A stretch of DNA of 20,000 nt from an uncultured virus (IMG/VR IMGVR_UViG_3300032608_000348) (IMGVR_UViG_3300032608_000348); one strand, 5' to 3'. Shown: positions 8,414-16,379, numbered from the stretch's first letter. Notes: a model not told the origin generated them from the letters alone. Numbers and translations: made by a program.

Positions 8414-8572
8414 ATGGAAACCAAATACATCAAATACGAGGGTGAAGTTTACAAGGTGCTGGCCTCGCGCTGGCTGGGAGACTTTTCGTTCTACAAACTG
8501 GAAAGCCAATTCAGCGGCGGCGCGCCCTTTGGCGCGAAAAAGGCAGAATGCAAGGAGGCGGGCGCGTCGTAA
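8414..8572 (+). CDS. small hypothetical protein (52 aa, METKYIKYEGEVYKVL...)
   Basis: AAGGAG SD; absent from ORF track; TAA lies in the loop of the 8559-8582 hairpin-GATC module. Confidence 0.7.
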   Translation: METKYIKYEGEVYKVLASRWLGDFSFYKLESQFSGGAPFGAKKAECKEAGAS

Positions 8573-8625
8573 GCGCCCGATCTGGGAAAATCCAGAATCA
8601 CATATCACAAGAAAAGGAGATGGAA

Positions 8626-9132
8626 ATGAGAACCAACTTGACAGCATCGGACGTAACGCAGGAACTGGTTGACTTGGTGACCGAGTACTTGGCAATGCGA
8701 GTGATTGCGGAAGTTACGCGGCAGGAAGTTGACAAGGTGCAGCGCGAGATATTGCAGGACATCATCCTGATGAGTACGCCGCACGAGTACCCACATGGCA
8801 GAAGTCAAGCGCCTGAGCGAATTACCGACCCCAAACGGACTTACCGCTGCGAAGATGACGCCACCACACAGGCATACTGGAACGCGGTTGATGCTCGGTT
8901 GCGTGCTGAAGGCATCAAGCCAGAGAGCATGGAAGCGGATTACTGCCCTGCCTTGGTAGCAGAAGATGTTCAAGTAAAAGCGGAGTGGGCAATCCTGGAT
9001 GAAGCTGCCAAAATGCTTGACACCTTCACGGGAAAAGGTGAGATGAATAACGCGCTGCTTTGCCAGAAAGACGGATTGGCAAAGCGGCAGGAGTTTATAG
9101 ATTTGACCGTTGGGCTAGTGTTGAATCTATAA
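8626..9132 (+). CDS. hypothetical protein
   Basis: AAGGAG SD after Box C; MRTNLTASDV. Confidence 0.8.
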   Translation: MRTNLTASDVTQELVDLVTEYLAMRVIAEVTRQEVDKVQREILQDIILMSTPHEYPHGRSQAPERITDPKRTYRCEDDATTQAYWNAVDARLRAEGIKPESMEADYCPALVAEDVQVKAEWAILDEAAKMLDTFTGKGEMNNALLCQKDGLAKRQEFIDLTVGLVLNL

Positions 9133-9175
9133 AGTGAAAGTCCCAAACATATCACAAAAAAGGGGAAAAGGTAAA

Positions 9176-9589
9176 ATGAGTGCATACGTAGTGGATGACA
9201 GAGTAATTAACAAAGTAGTGGCGTGGTTGGGTTGCAAGGCGCTGGGCAGTGGGTACAACAGCTATCCTGTTGCAGGATACAACCTTACCATAAGAACCGA
9301 GTGCCAGCGATTGGCTGAGGACATGTTCGGTCTCAATGTCAAGGCCGTGAACGCTCGGTATGGGGAAGGTGAAGCGGAAAGGTTCCGCCCACCTGATTTT
9401 GAGTACGTTCCCAGAGTTCCTGGCAATCGGTTCTCTGTTATCCGTGCGCTGGAAAATTGGCACTACCAGTGTGCGGAAGGCGATGTACCTGAAACAGCGC
9501 TGTACAAAGCAATGGGCGCGGTGCTACGGGCACTGTACCGCCGCGTGGTACAGAGTTTGCCCGAGTATGAGCGGGAACCTTTGCCATAG
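9176..9589 (+). CDS. conserved-looking phage hypothetical protein
   Basis: MSAYVV...NVKAVNARY...YQCAE pattern; purine-rich SD. Confidence 0.75.
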   Translation: MSAYVVDDRVINKVVAWLGCKALGSGYNSYPVAGYNLTIRTECQRLAEDMFGLNVKAVNARYGEGEAERFRPPDFEYVPRVPGNRFSVIRALENWHYQCAEGDVPETALYKAMGAVLRALYRRVVQSLPEYEREPLP

Positions 9590-9644
9590 TCCAAAAGTAG
9601 GCGACTGGGAATCCAAAAGCATATCACAAAAAAGGAGATGAAAA

Positions 9645-10064
9645 ATGTACTACAATCTGGAAAGTTCACAGGCTGACAGAATCAACTTTGACGAAATGGT
9701 AGAACGGTACGCGCGCGCCATGGTAGGCACATTGTCAGATTCCGAGGCGCGGGGAGTGGACATGGACGAGTACATCGCCTTGGCCTGGGACAACTTTGAC
9801 GCCGACGTGGTAGATGATATTGCAGAAGCAAGGGCGCGCTTTTTCCCCACCTTCCGCGATGAAGTCGCCAGTATTATTTTCGAGGCCCACGGCGCTGAGT
9901 TTAGCTTCTTCCGAGACCTGCCTGCACCAAGGGGTGAGCGCGGCGGCTGGGTTTGGTGCTTGAGTGGCGAGAAGGGGGGGCTGCTCTGGGAAACAGACAA
10001 CTACGAGGCTGACAATCGGGTGGAGGCACAAGCTGCCGCGATTGACTACCTACAAGCCTTATAA
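9645..10064 (+). CDS. acidic hypothetical protein
   Basis: AAGGAG SD after Box C; D/E-rich. Confidence 0.75.
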   Translation: MYYNLESSQADRINFDEMVERYARAMVGTLSDSEARGVDMDEYIALAWDNFDADVVDDIAEARARFFPTFRDEVASIIFEAHGAEFSFFRDLPAPRGERGGWVWCLSGEKGGLLWETDNYEADNRVEAQAAAIDYLQAL

Positions 10065-10320
10065 AGTACACGGCTGGCAAGTCCAGCCGATCAAGGGGCT
10101 TTCCCCTCCCCAGCTTGCGGTGACTGGAATACCAGACCAGTAGTCTCAACAAGACTGCCCAACAAGCCCGCAAAGGTAGCATACAAGCTGGGGTGGGGTG
10201 TGTCCCGATCACTAAAAGGGAGCGCCGTTCGATTCGGCACTGCGCATTGAACCTTTTGCGTCGCAGACAAACGGCTGTTAGGCCAGCATGCTGCCAGCGG
10301 GGCAGGCTCCTGATCCTGGA

Positions 10321-10346
10321 GAATCACTCCAGCGCTAGACAGATTT
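10321..10346. promoter_or_regulatory. Box A 26-bp palindrome, copy 2
   Basis: GAATCACTCCAGCGCTAGACAGATTT immediately before SD. Confidence 0.75.
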
Positions 10347-10360
10347 TGAGGAGGAAAATA

Positions 10361-10762
10361 ATGGGCAACTATGGCAATACCGCAGAGTTGAAAGTGACAA
10401 TCACGGGGCCACATGCGTATATGCTGGAACGCTATGCTGAAGTGCAAGAACTCCTTGCCCAGAAGATTAGCGCGGATTTATGGGATGTGATGGGGCAGGC
10501 CATTGGCACGACTGCGCCCGCCAACTACACTGTCAAGATTGAAAGTGAAGACTTGACCAGTGAAGCCAACGCAGGTGCAGTAGTTAAGAGCAATGAAAAC
10601 AAGGCGCTTTCTGATTGGCAGTGGCCCAAAAGCTGGCCTGTTGAACGTGACCAAGAGTTTGTGGAGTTTTGCCAATCGCTCGTCCGAGAACATGGCGAAG
10701 ACTTGAGCGCGTGTGATTATCAAGACATCAGGGACATTTTTGTGCAGTCTGGTGGATGCTGA
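10361..10762 (+). CDS. hypothetical protein; C-terminus shared with 13839-14207
   Basis: GAGGAGG SD ahead of MGNYGNTAEL. Confidence 0.75.
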   Translation: MGNYGNTAELKVTITGPHAYMLERYAEVQELLAQKISADLWDVMGQAIGTTAPANYTVKIESEDLTSEANAGAVVKSNENKALSDWQWPKSWPVERDQEFVEFCQSLVREHGEDLSACDYQDIRDIFVQSGGC

Positions 10763-10779
10763 AGGGAAAGGGGGGAAAG

Positions 10780-10962
10780 ATGCAACTGACGCTAGAAAAT
10801 CTCAAGGAAAATCCGGAAGGGTTTGAGCAAGAACTGGCACGGCAGGGCAGGGTGTTAATGTACGCTGTTGGCAATGGGTTGGTTTATCCTACGCCAGAGG
10901 CTGCGCTTGAAGCATCAAGCAACCCTCAAGCCGCTGAACTACTGGCGGCTGTTATTGTGTAG
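10780..10962 (+). CDS. hypothetical protein
   Basis: G-rich SD ahead of MQLTLENL; stop TAG lies inside Box B. Confidence 0.7.
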   Translation: MQLTLENLKENPEGFEQELARQGRVLMYAVGNGLVYPTPEAALEASSNPQAAELLAAVIV

Positions 10963-10976
10963 TATCATATACTACA
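10958..10976. promoter_or_regulatory. Box B 19-bp palindrome
   Basis: TGTAGTAT-CAT-ATACTACA abutting SD. Confidence 0.8.
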
Positions 10977-10987
10977 AGGAGACGAGA

Positions 10988-11182
10988 ATGACAGTAGCAG
11001 AGTTAATTGAAAAGCTCTTTGAGTGCAATTTAGATGCACCGGTGACGGTGTTTTTCGACCGCTACAACGGCGGTGACTATAGACAGGGGGAAGAATCCCC
11101 AGTGCTAGTTGTGGATGGGGACTATGTAATGATTGCTGCTGAAAGTGAGAAAGATGCAGCAGAGCATTGGGTGGGCGCATAA
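10988..11182 (+). CDS. hypothetical phage protein (MTVxELIEKL type)
   Basis: AAGGAG SD; stop in hairpin loop GGGCGC-ATAA-GCGCCC. Confidence 0.75.
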   Translation: MTVAELIEKLFECNLDAPVTVFFDRYNGGDYRQGEESPVLVVDGDYVMIAAESEKDAAEHWVGA

Positions 11183-11191
11183 GCGCCCGCT

Positions 11192-11214
11192 CTTGTAGTA
11201 TCATATACTACAAG
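11192..11214. promoter_or_regulatory. Box B palindrome (10-bp arms)
   Basis: CTTGTAGTAT-CAT-ATACTACAAG. Confidence 0.8.
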
Positions 11215-11236
11215 CCTACAAAAAGGAGACGGAAAA

Positions 11237-11431
11237 ATGAGAGCGCAGTTGATTTTCAAGATTGAAAGCGACATTGAGGGAATAGCCGTATTGTCAGAGG
11301 CTGCGCCCAGATGGGAAGCTCACGGTTTTGAGACGTACAAAAAGGCGGTCGCGCTGAACGGCAATTCCGCCTTTGTGGAAACGGTAGAGGCGGGATGGCG
11401 GCTTGTTCGGGCTGCTGAGTCCCAACGGTAG
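11237..11431 (+). CDS. hypothetical protein
   Basis: AAGGAG SD, 64 aa. Confidence 0.75.
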   Translation: MRAQLIFKIESDIEGIAVLSEAAPRWEAHGFETYKKAVALNGNSAFVETVEAGWRLVRAAESQR

Positions 11432-11465
11432 AAATCCGGCAGCATATAATACAAAGGAGTCTAAA

Positions 11466-11771
11466 ATGATAATCGCTACCATAGAAATCCAGAAGACCCG
11501 CAAGGGTTGGGGTTGCTGCACTGTCGTTGAGTATCCTGGTTGGCCCCATCCTGCCAAGACACATGAGGGATTTGACACGCTGAAAAGTGCGCTGTGGCAT
11601 TTTGTACTAGATTGCATTGACTATGACTGGGCAATTGAATCAGTCACGGTGAAGGGTGAGAACATGCCACTGGCGGAGGTCTGTGAGATAGTTGAGAAGG
11701 CGCTGCGTGACGGGGTGCTTAAGTACCGGCTGCCTGGTGTACGCGAGGCGCTTAGGCCAAAGGGCGCATAA
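11466..11771 (+). CDS. hypothetical protein
   Basis: AAGGAG SD ahead of MIIATIEIQK; stop in hairpin loop GGGCGC-ATAA-GCGCCC. Confidence 0.75.
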   Translation: MIIATIEIQKTRKGWGCCTVVEYPGWPHPAKTHEGFDTLKSALWHFVLDCIDYDWAIESVTVKGENMPLAEVCEIVEKALRDGVLKYRLPGVREALRPKGA

Positions 11772-11788
11772 GCGCCCGATCATGGGTA

Positions 11789-11814
11789 AAATCTATCCAG
11801 CGCTAGAGTGAATT
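11789..11814. promoter_or_regulatory. Box A 26-bp palindrome, copy 3
   Basis: AAATCTATCCAGCGCTAGAGTGAATT between hairpin-GATC and SD. Confidence 0.75.
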
Positions 11815-11831
11815 CTAAGAATTAAGGAGAT

Positions 11832-12176
11832 ATGATGAACCTAACATTGAAACAAGCGCAGAAAATGGAATCCAGCGGGATTATCACCTTCAAGGGGTTT
11901 AGTGGTATAGTCGCTACCGCTGAGATGGCGTCGGTCTGTCCGCAGTTGTGCCAAGTGTATGCCTCAAGTGGAAATGTCTATGACGTAGAGTTTAACGGCA
12001 CCTTCACGCTGGTGGAAGCAGAAGCGCCAGGGCCAGCCATTTGTGAGCGATGCGGAAAAGAACCAGCCACAAATGACTTTTGCGGGGTTGCGACTTGCTG
12101 GAACTGCTTGGTACGTCCACCCTACCGTGAGAACTGGGATGAGGATAGAGGGGAACTGACGGAGGAAACAAAATGA
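11832..12176 (+). CDS. hypothetical protein with C-terminal zinc finger
   Basis: TAAGGAG SD; CERC...CWNC. Confidence 0.7.
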   Translation: MMNLTLKQAQKMESSGIITFKGFSGIVATAEMASVCPQLCQVYASSGNVYDVEFNGTFTLVEAEAPGPAICERCGKEPATNDFCGVATCWNCLVRPPYRENWDEDRGELTEETK

Positions 12177-12625
12177 AAGACGCAAAAGAATCAGCGCAGA
12201 AAGTGCGCAAGGTCCTAAAGGCAAAGTATCCAAAAACAAAGTTCAGCGTGTGCTCAAAACACTTTGCTGGAGGTTCATCTGTTGATGTAAGATGGACGGA
12301 TGGCCCGACTGAGAAAGAAGTAGAGGAAGCCACAAAGCACCTGAAGGGCTACCATAACGGCTACTATAATGACTACATTTGCACTGCTCGGCACACAAGC
12401 CGCGCCGTGATGGTGGCTGCGGCAAAGGCGGTATCCGAATTCTACGGGGTGCCTATGCCAGAGGTGCTTGGTGATGAGCACTTCTATCTCACTGACTTGA
12501 CGCGGGTGGGAGACGAGGCGCTTTGTGATGAAGTGCATAGGGCAGTTTGGAAAACCAACACTTACGACAAGACACCAGAGGAAGCATTTGCTGACTGGGG
12601 TGCTTGCGGGGCGCTGTTTCGGTAG
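12173..12625 (+). CDS. LPD29 (large polyvalent protein-associated) domain protein
   Basis: recognised signature VRKVLKAKYPKTKFSV...GGSSVDVRWTDGPT; ATGA overlap. Confidence 0.75.
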   Translation: MKDAKESAQKVRKVLKAKYPKTKFSVCSKHFAGGSSVDVRWTDGPTEKEVEEATKHLKGYHNGYYNDYICTARHTSRAVMVAAAKAVSEFYGVPMPEVLGDEHFYLTDLTRVGDEALCDEVHRAVWKTNTYDKTPEEAFADWGACGALFR

Positions 12626-12700
12626 CAATCAGGGCAGGATGAAAAAAGCCTGCCCCGATCATTGGGTAAAATGTAGCATCATACTACAAAGGAGGATTTA

Positions 12701-13768
12701 ATGGCAACAATGTCACAACAAATTGAGAGTGTCACCGCCAGCCTAGGGATTCCTGTGCGGGTTGTGGGAGTCACTGATGCCGCGCAGGTGACCAAGTACC
12801 AGGTCAAGCCTCTGCCCCGCGTTCTGGCGTCTGGACGCAAGGGGAAAATGACCTATGTAAGCGCCATTATGACCAGGGCGCTTGACATCGGGGTTGGTCT
12901 TGGCGTGGAAAACGTCACGGTATCAGCGAACGGGCAACTCTTTATTGAGGTGCCCAAGTCCAAGCCGCAGGCTGTTTTTACGCCTGCGAGGGTATACACC
13001 AATGGTGAGGAGTTGCCCATCATGCTGGGCGTGGATACCGCCAATGAGCAAGTGATTCTTGACTTGGCAAAGTGTCCTCACCTGATGATAGCTGGTACAA
13101 CTGGCTCTGGCAAGTCAGTGTGCCTGACCAATGTGCTGACGGGCCTCATCAAGTACCGTGATGCCAGTCGCGTCCAACTGGTGCTTATTGACCTGAAGCA
13201 CACTGAGTTGAGCCAGTTTGCAGAAGTGGAGCACCTGGTCCGTGACGTAGCATATACAGCGGAAGAAGCAGAAGCAACCCTGTCCTGGCTGATGGCAGAA
13301 GTTGACCACCGCTACCGTATGATGAAGAAGCACGGGGCGCAAGACATCTCGGAAATCGCCAGCAACAGGATTGTGGTAGTGGTGGATGAATTTGCCAACC
13401 TGATTTTACAGGGAAGCAAAGAACTGAAGAAAAGGTTCATTCACATTGCCCAGGGCGGACGGGCTGCGGGCGTGCACTTTATCGTGGCAACTCAGCGCCC
13501 ATCCCGTCAAGTTGTGGATGGTCTTTTCAAGGGCAACTTTGCCACGAGGGTATGCTTCCGCACAGCGGACAAAACCAACTCCCGAATTGTTCTTGACCGG
13601 AATGGCGCGGAAGCGCTGATGGGCAAGGGCGACGGACTGCTATTGCACAATGGCAAGCCGCGTAGGTTTCAAGGCTTCATGATGCCTGACGCAGAGATAG
13701 CACGAGTGGTTGAGCGCAACCGTAAGCGCAATCTGGTGGGGCGCATCTGGAAGCGCTTGACCGGTTAG
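12701..13768 (+). CDS. FtsK/SpoIIIE-family ATPase (motor domain only)
   Basis: PHLMIAGTTGSGKS Walker A, VVVVDEFA Walker B, GRAAGVHFIVATQRPS, GAEALMGKGDGL. Confidence 0.93.
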   Translation: MATMSQQIESVTASLGIPVRVVGVTDAAQVTKYQVKPLPRVLASGRKGKMTYVSAIMTRALDIGVGLGVENVTVSANGQLFIEVPKSKPQAVFTPARVYTNGEELPIMLGVDTANEQVILDLAKCPHLMIAGTTGSGKSVCLTNVLTGLIKYRDASRVQLVLIDLKHTELSQFAEVEHLVRDVAYTAEEAEATLSWLMAEVDHRYRMMKKHGAQDISEIASNRIVVVVDEFANLILQGSKELKKRFIHIAQGGRAAGVHFIVATQRPSRQVVDGLFKGNFATRVCFRTADKTNSRIVLDRNGAEALMGKGDGLLLHNGKPRRFQGFMMPDAEIARVVERNRKRNLVGRIWKRLTG

Positions 13769-13838
13769 TGCAACAAGGCAGGTGAAAGCCTGCCTGATCT
13801 GGGAAAATCCAAAATCATATCAAACAAGGAGATGAAAA

Positions 13839-14207
13839 ATGAAAGATGAGGTTCTTTTTATTGAGGGCTGTCACGAAATGAAACGACCCGATAGTATACC
13901 TGAAAGCTGGACAATTTACAACGCGCCCCGCCCGCTGCTCGGTCACGAGAGATGGCAGGCCGGATTCCGGCATGGCATTTTCTACGCCGCTGTCACTCCT
14001 GTTGGTGACCCAGCCGATGAGTTCAACGATGCACCTGAGTTTCACAGGCGCAATCGTGAACTAGACGGGCATGTATGCGTGTGGATTGGCAAGGAGCACG
14101 TAATGGAGTATGGCAAGGCACTAGCTCGGGAATATAACGTAGACCTGAGCGAGTTTGATTACCAAGACATTGTGTGCAGCTTCTTGGATGACAGAAGCCG
14201 CAATTGA
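13839..14207 (+). CDS. hypothetical protein
   Basis: AAGGAG SD after Box C; C-terminus similar to 10361-10762. Confidence 0.75.
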   Translation: MKDEVLFIEGCHEMKRPDSIPESWTIYNAPRPLLGHERWQAGFRHGIFYAAVTPVGDPADEFNDAPEFHRRNRELDGHVCVWIGKEHVMEYGKALAREYNVDLSEFDYQDIVCSFLDDRSRN

Positions 14208-14244
14208 GAGACGTGGCATCATACTACAAAAGGGAGGCAAAGTA

Positions 14245-14589
14245 ATGGTAACACTTACACTGTACAAAAATCTTGATGAAGACCAGCCTATAACATTCAA
14301 GGCGCGAACGATGGGAAAGGTTACGCTCAAGTTATCCGAGTGGATGGACAAAAACAACGGCACATTTGACCCACGCCAAGGGACTTATCCAATGGGTTGC
14401 GACGGGCTGACCGTTTTCTTGGAGGATTGGCCTGGGGATATTGTCCTATGCTATATGGAAATCTACAAGGAATGGGAAATCACCTTTGACCAAGACCCCG
14501 CCAATCCAGAAGGATACACGAACTATGCCGATGCTCGCGAGCGATTTGTCCAGCTAGCAGATGATTGGGGAGAATGGGAGGAAGCATGA
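14245..14589 (+). CDS. hypothetical protein, paralog of next gene
   Basis: GGAGG SD; MVTLTLYKNLDEDQPITF. Confidence 0.8.
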   Translation: MVTLTLYKNLDEDQPITFKARTMGKVTLKLSEWMDKNNGTFDPRQGTYPMGCDGLTVFLEDWPGDIVLCYMEIYKEWEITFDQDPANPEGYTNYADARERFVQLADDWGEWEEA

Positions 14590-14918
14590 TACTAACACTG
14601 TACCGAAACTATGATACCACGCAGCCTGTGAAGTTTGAGGGACGGTCCAAAGAAGGATTGCTCTACAAGCTCCAGCAGTGGCTGGACAACGCCAACGGTG
14701 AGATTGACCACGGGAAACAGCGCCACAAGCCGCTTTGGGCGGATGGGCTTGCCATTGTCCCCAGCGGACGGGGGGCAATTGTACTGATGCGAAATGGCAA
14801 GAAATGGGAGGTTTGGAAAGGCGCAACGTCCAAGCCACTGGCGTCTGCAAGCTGGGTTATCGCTCGTGCTATTTTCCTGCACTATGCATACACCCACTGC
14901 AAGGAAGAAACCCCTTGA
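14586..14918 (+). CDS. hypothetical protein, paralog of previous gene
   Basis: ATGA overlap; MILTLYRNYDTTQPVKF. Confidence 0.8.
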   Translation: MILTLYRNYDTTQPVKFEGRSKEGLLYKLQQWLDNANGEIDHGKQRHKPLWADGLAIVPSGRGAIVLMRNGKKWEVWKGATSKPLASASWVIARAIFLHYAYTHCKEETP

Positions 14919-14949
14919 CAAAAGCGCAGAAATGTAGTATCATATACTA
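14915..14949 (+). promoter_or_regulatory. sigma70-type promoter overlapped by Box B
   Basis: TTGACA-17 nt-TATCAT; the -10 lies inside TGTAGTATCATATACTA. Confidence 0.75.
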
Positions 14950-15019
14950 AGGGATTGGCGTGGGGGCTAGTAAAATCTGGCACGGATGCGCAGTCCATAT
15001 TTTAATGATAGGAGGCAAA

Positions 15020-15190
15020 ATGGAAAGGCAAGATTGTGAGTTTTGCAGAGAGACTGACGGGGAACATGCTTCTTGGTGTCCATATACGGTGGAAAGACAA
15101 GATTGTGGGTTTTGTGGCTGGACTGATGGGGAGCATGCCCCAGGCTGCCCACGCGACCCAGAGGAAAACGGCCTGAGCGGGGACTGGTAA
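15020..15190 (+). CDS. small protein with two tandem CxxC-H-C zinc-binding repeats
   Basis: AGGAGG SD; 69-bp period duplication ERQDCxFCxxTDGEHAxxCP. Confidence 0.75.
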   Translation: MERQDCEFCRETDGEHASWCPYTVERQDCGFCGWTDGEHAPGCPRDPEENGLSGDW

Positions 15191-15303
15191 AATCCAGCAC
15201 GCAGGCAAATGTGAGCGCTTACGGAGAACATCCGCAGATGGGGAGGCCAGATAGGGGGAACTGGCAACGCCAATCGTGAGAGCAAATCGTAAAGGAGCAA
15301 AAT

Positions 15304-15609
15304 ATGGAAAATGAAGAGTACCTGTGGCTCAACCTTTCAGACCTGAGCGAAATGGGCAGCGTAGGCAACTTGTGCAACCCTATCTACTTTATGGTATGCC
15401 CTGACCTTGGAGATGAGAATGTTGGCACGTATGCTCACGCTGACAAACTTGATGAAGTCTATATTGTACTCAAGTCCAGTGCTGAACGATGCAAGGCAAT
15501 TCGTGAGGCAATGGAATTGATTGGGGAAAAGAAAATCGGGCGCAAGGTCCGAACACGAACAACCAAGAACTCCCCGCGCGCCAACTGGCGCTGGCTGGGG
15601 AGTTGGTAG
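15304..15609 (+). CDS. hypothetical protein
   Basis: AAGGAG SD, 101 aa. Confidence 0.75.
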   Translation: MENEEYLWLNLSDLSEMGSVGNLCNPIYFMVCPDLGDENVGTYAHADKLDEVYIVLKSSAERCKAIREAMELIGEKKIGRKVRTRTTKNSPRANWRWLGSW

Positions 15610-15634
15610 TCCAAACAGGACAAAAGAAAGAACA

Positions 15635-15826
15635 ATGGAAGACATACAAATAGTGGAACAAATCTTCGTAGAAGTTACCGCAATCTACAGATTGAAGCAT
15701 CAACAGGTGAAAGCCCAGAAACTAGCAGGGCATATCCGCCATCTCAGGCATCTGGCCTGGAACTCCCTGACCCCAAAGGAGAGATTGATGATTCGGGAGG
15801 TGTTAGACTATGTGAACAACCAGTAG
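15635..15826 (+). CDS. hypothetical protein
   Basis: MEDIQIVEQ; purine-rich leader, SD weak. Confidence 0.6.
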   Translation: MEDIQIVEQIFVEVTAIYRLKHQQVKAQKLAGHIRHLRHLAWNSLTPKERLMIREVLDYVNNQ

Positions 15827-15891
15827 TCCAAAAGACATTGGCAGAAACAGGGGCAATTGAGACCTCACACACACGAAAAGGAGGTAGGGAG

Positions 15892-16164
15892 ATGATTGAC
15901 AGAGAGCTTTTTGCCAACACTAATACAGTTCCGATGTGCCCTGGTGGCTTGGACGCAATCGTAAATAAGAAGTTTACGGTTGTGTACTGGAAAAAGTACA
16001 GCGATGCCCTGGTCATTTACCAGTGCCAAATGGCGGACGGGCGGCGCGAAACAGTGGCACAGTTCTCGCTGGAGAGCGAGCGCTTTCTGGAACGTTCCAG
16101 CCTTCCAGTACGGGCGCGGATGAGCTGGGATGGTTGGCGCTATAAGCTAGTAGTGGGCGACTGA
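15892..16164 (+). CDS. hypothetical protein
   Basis: AAGGAGGT SD ahead of MIDRELF. Confidence 0.75.
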   Translation: MIDRELFANTNTVPMCPGGLDAIVNKKFTVVYWKKYSDALVIYQCQMADGRRETVAQFSLESERFLERSSLPVRARMSWDGWRYKLVVGD

Positions 16165-16214
16165 GACCCCCAATGACAAAGGGCGCAGAAGCGCCCGATC
16201 CAGGAGGAGCAGCA

Positions 16215-16379
16215 ATGCGCAAGAAAACCAAGTCAGAAAAGCGGGAAGAGGCGCGACGCAAGAAGCGGTACGGCATGCGCGTCTCTGGACGCTCAACCAA
16301 AACCTTATTGGCGCTTCTTGCGTCCAAGTCCAAGCCACGACGCAAGAAAAAGAAGAAAAAGAAAAGGAGAAAACGATGA
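16215..16379 (+). CDS. small extremely basic Lys/Arg-rich protein
   Basis: AGGAGGAG SD; MRKKTKSEKREEARRKKRYGMRVSGRS...RRKKKKKKKRRKR. Confidence 0.65.
   Translation: MRKKTKSEKREEARRKKRYGMRVSGRSTKTLLALLASKSKPRRKKKKKKKRRKR

Noticed and set aside
15206..15222. AATGTGAGCGCTTAC resembles the symmetric lac operator
   Set aside because: Single imperfect copy; plausible by chance
7081..16200. Repeated hairpins as a CRISPR array or rho-independent terminators
   Set aside because: Spacing is gene-sized and irregular; hairpins lack a downstream U-tract on the coding strand and are followed by GATC instead
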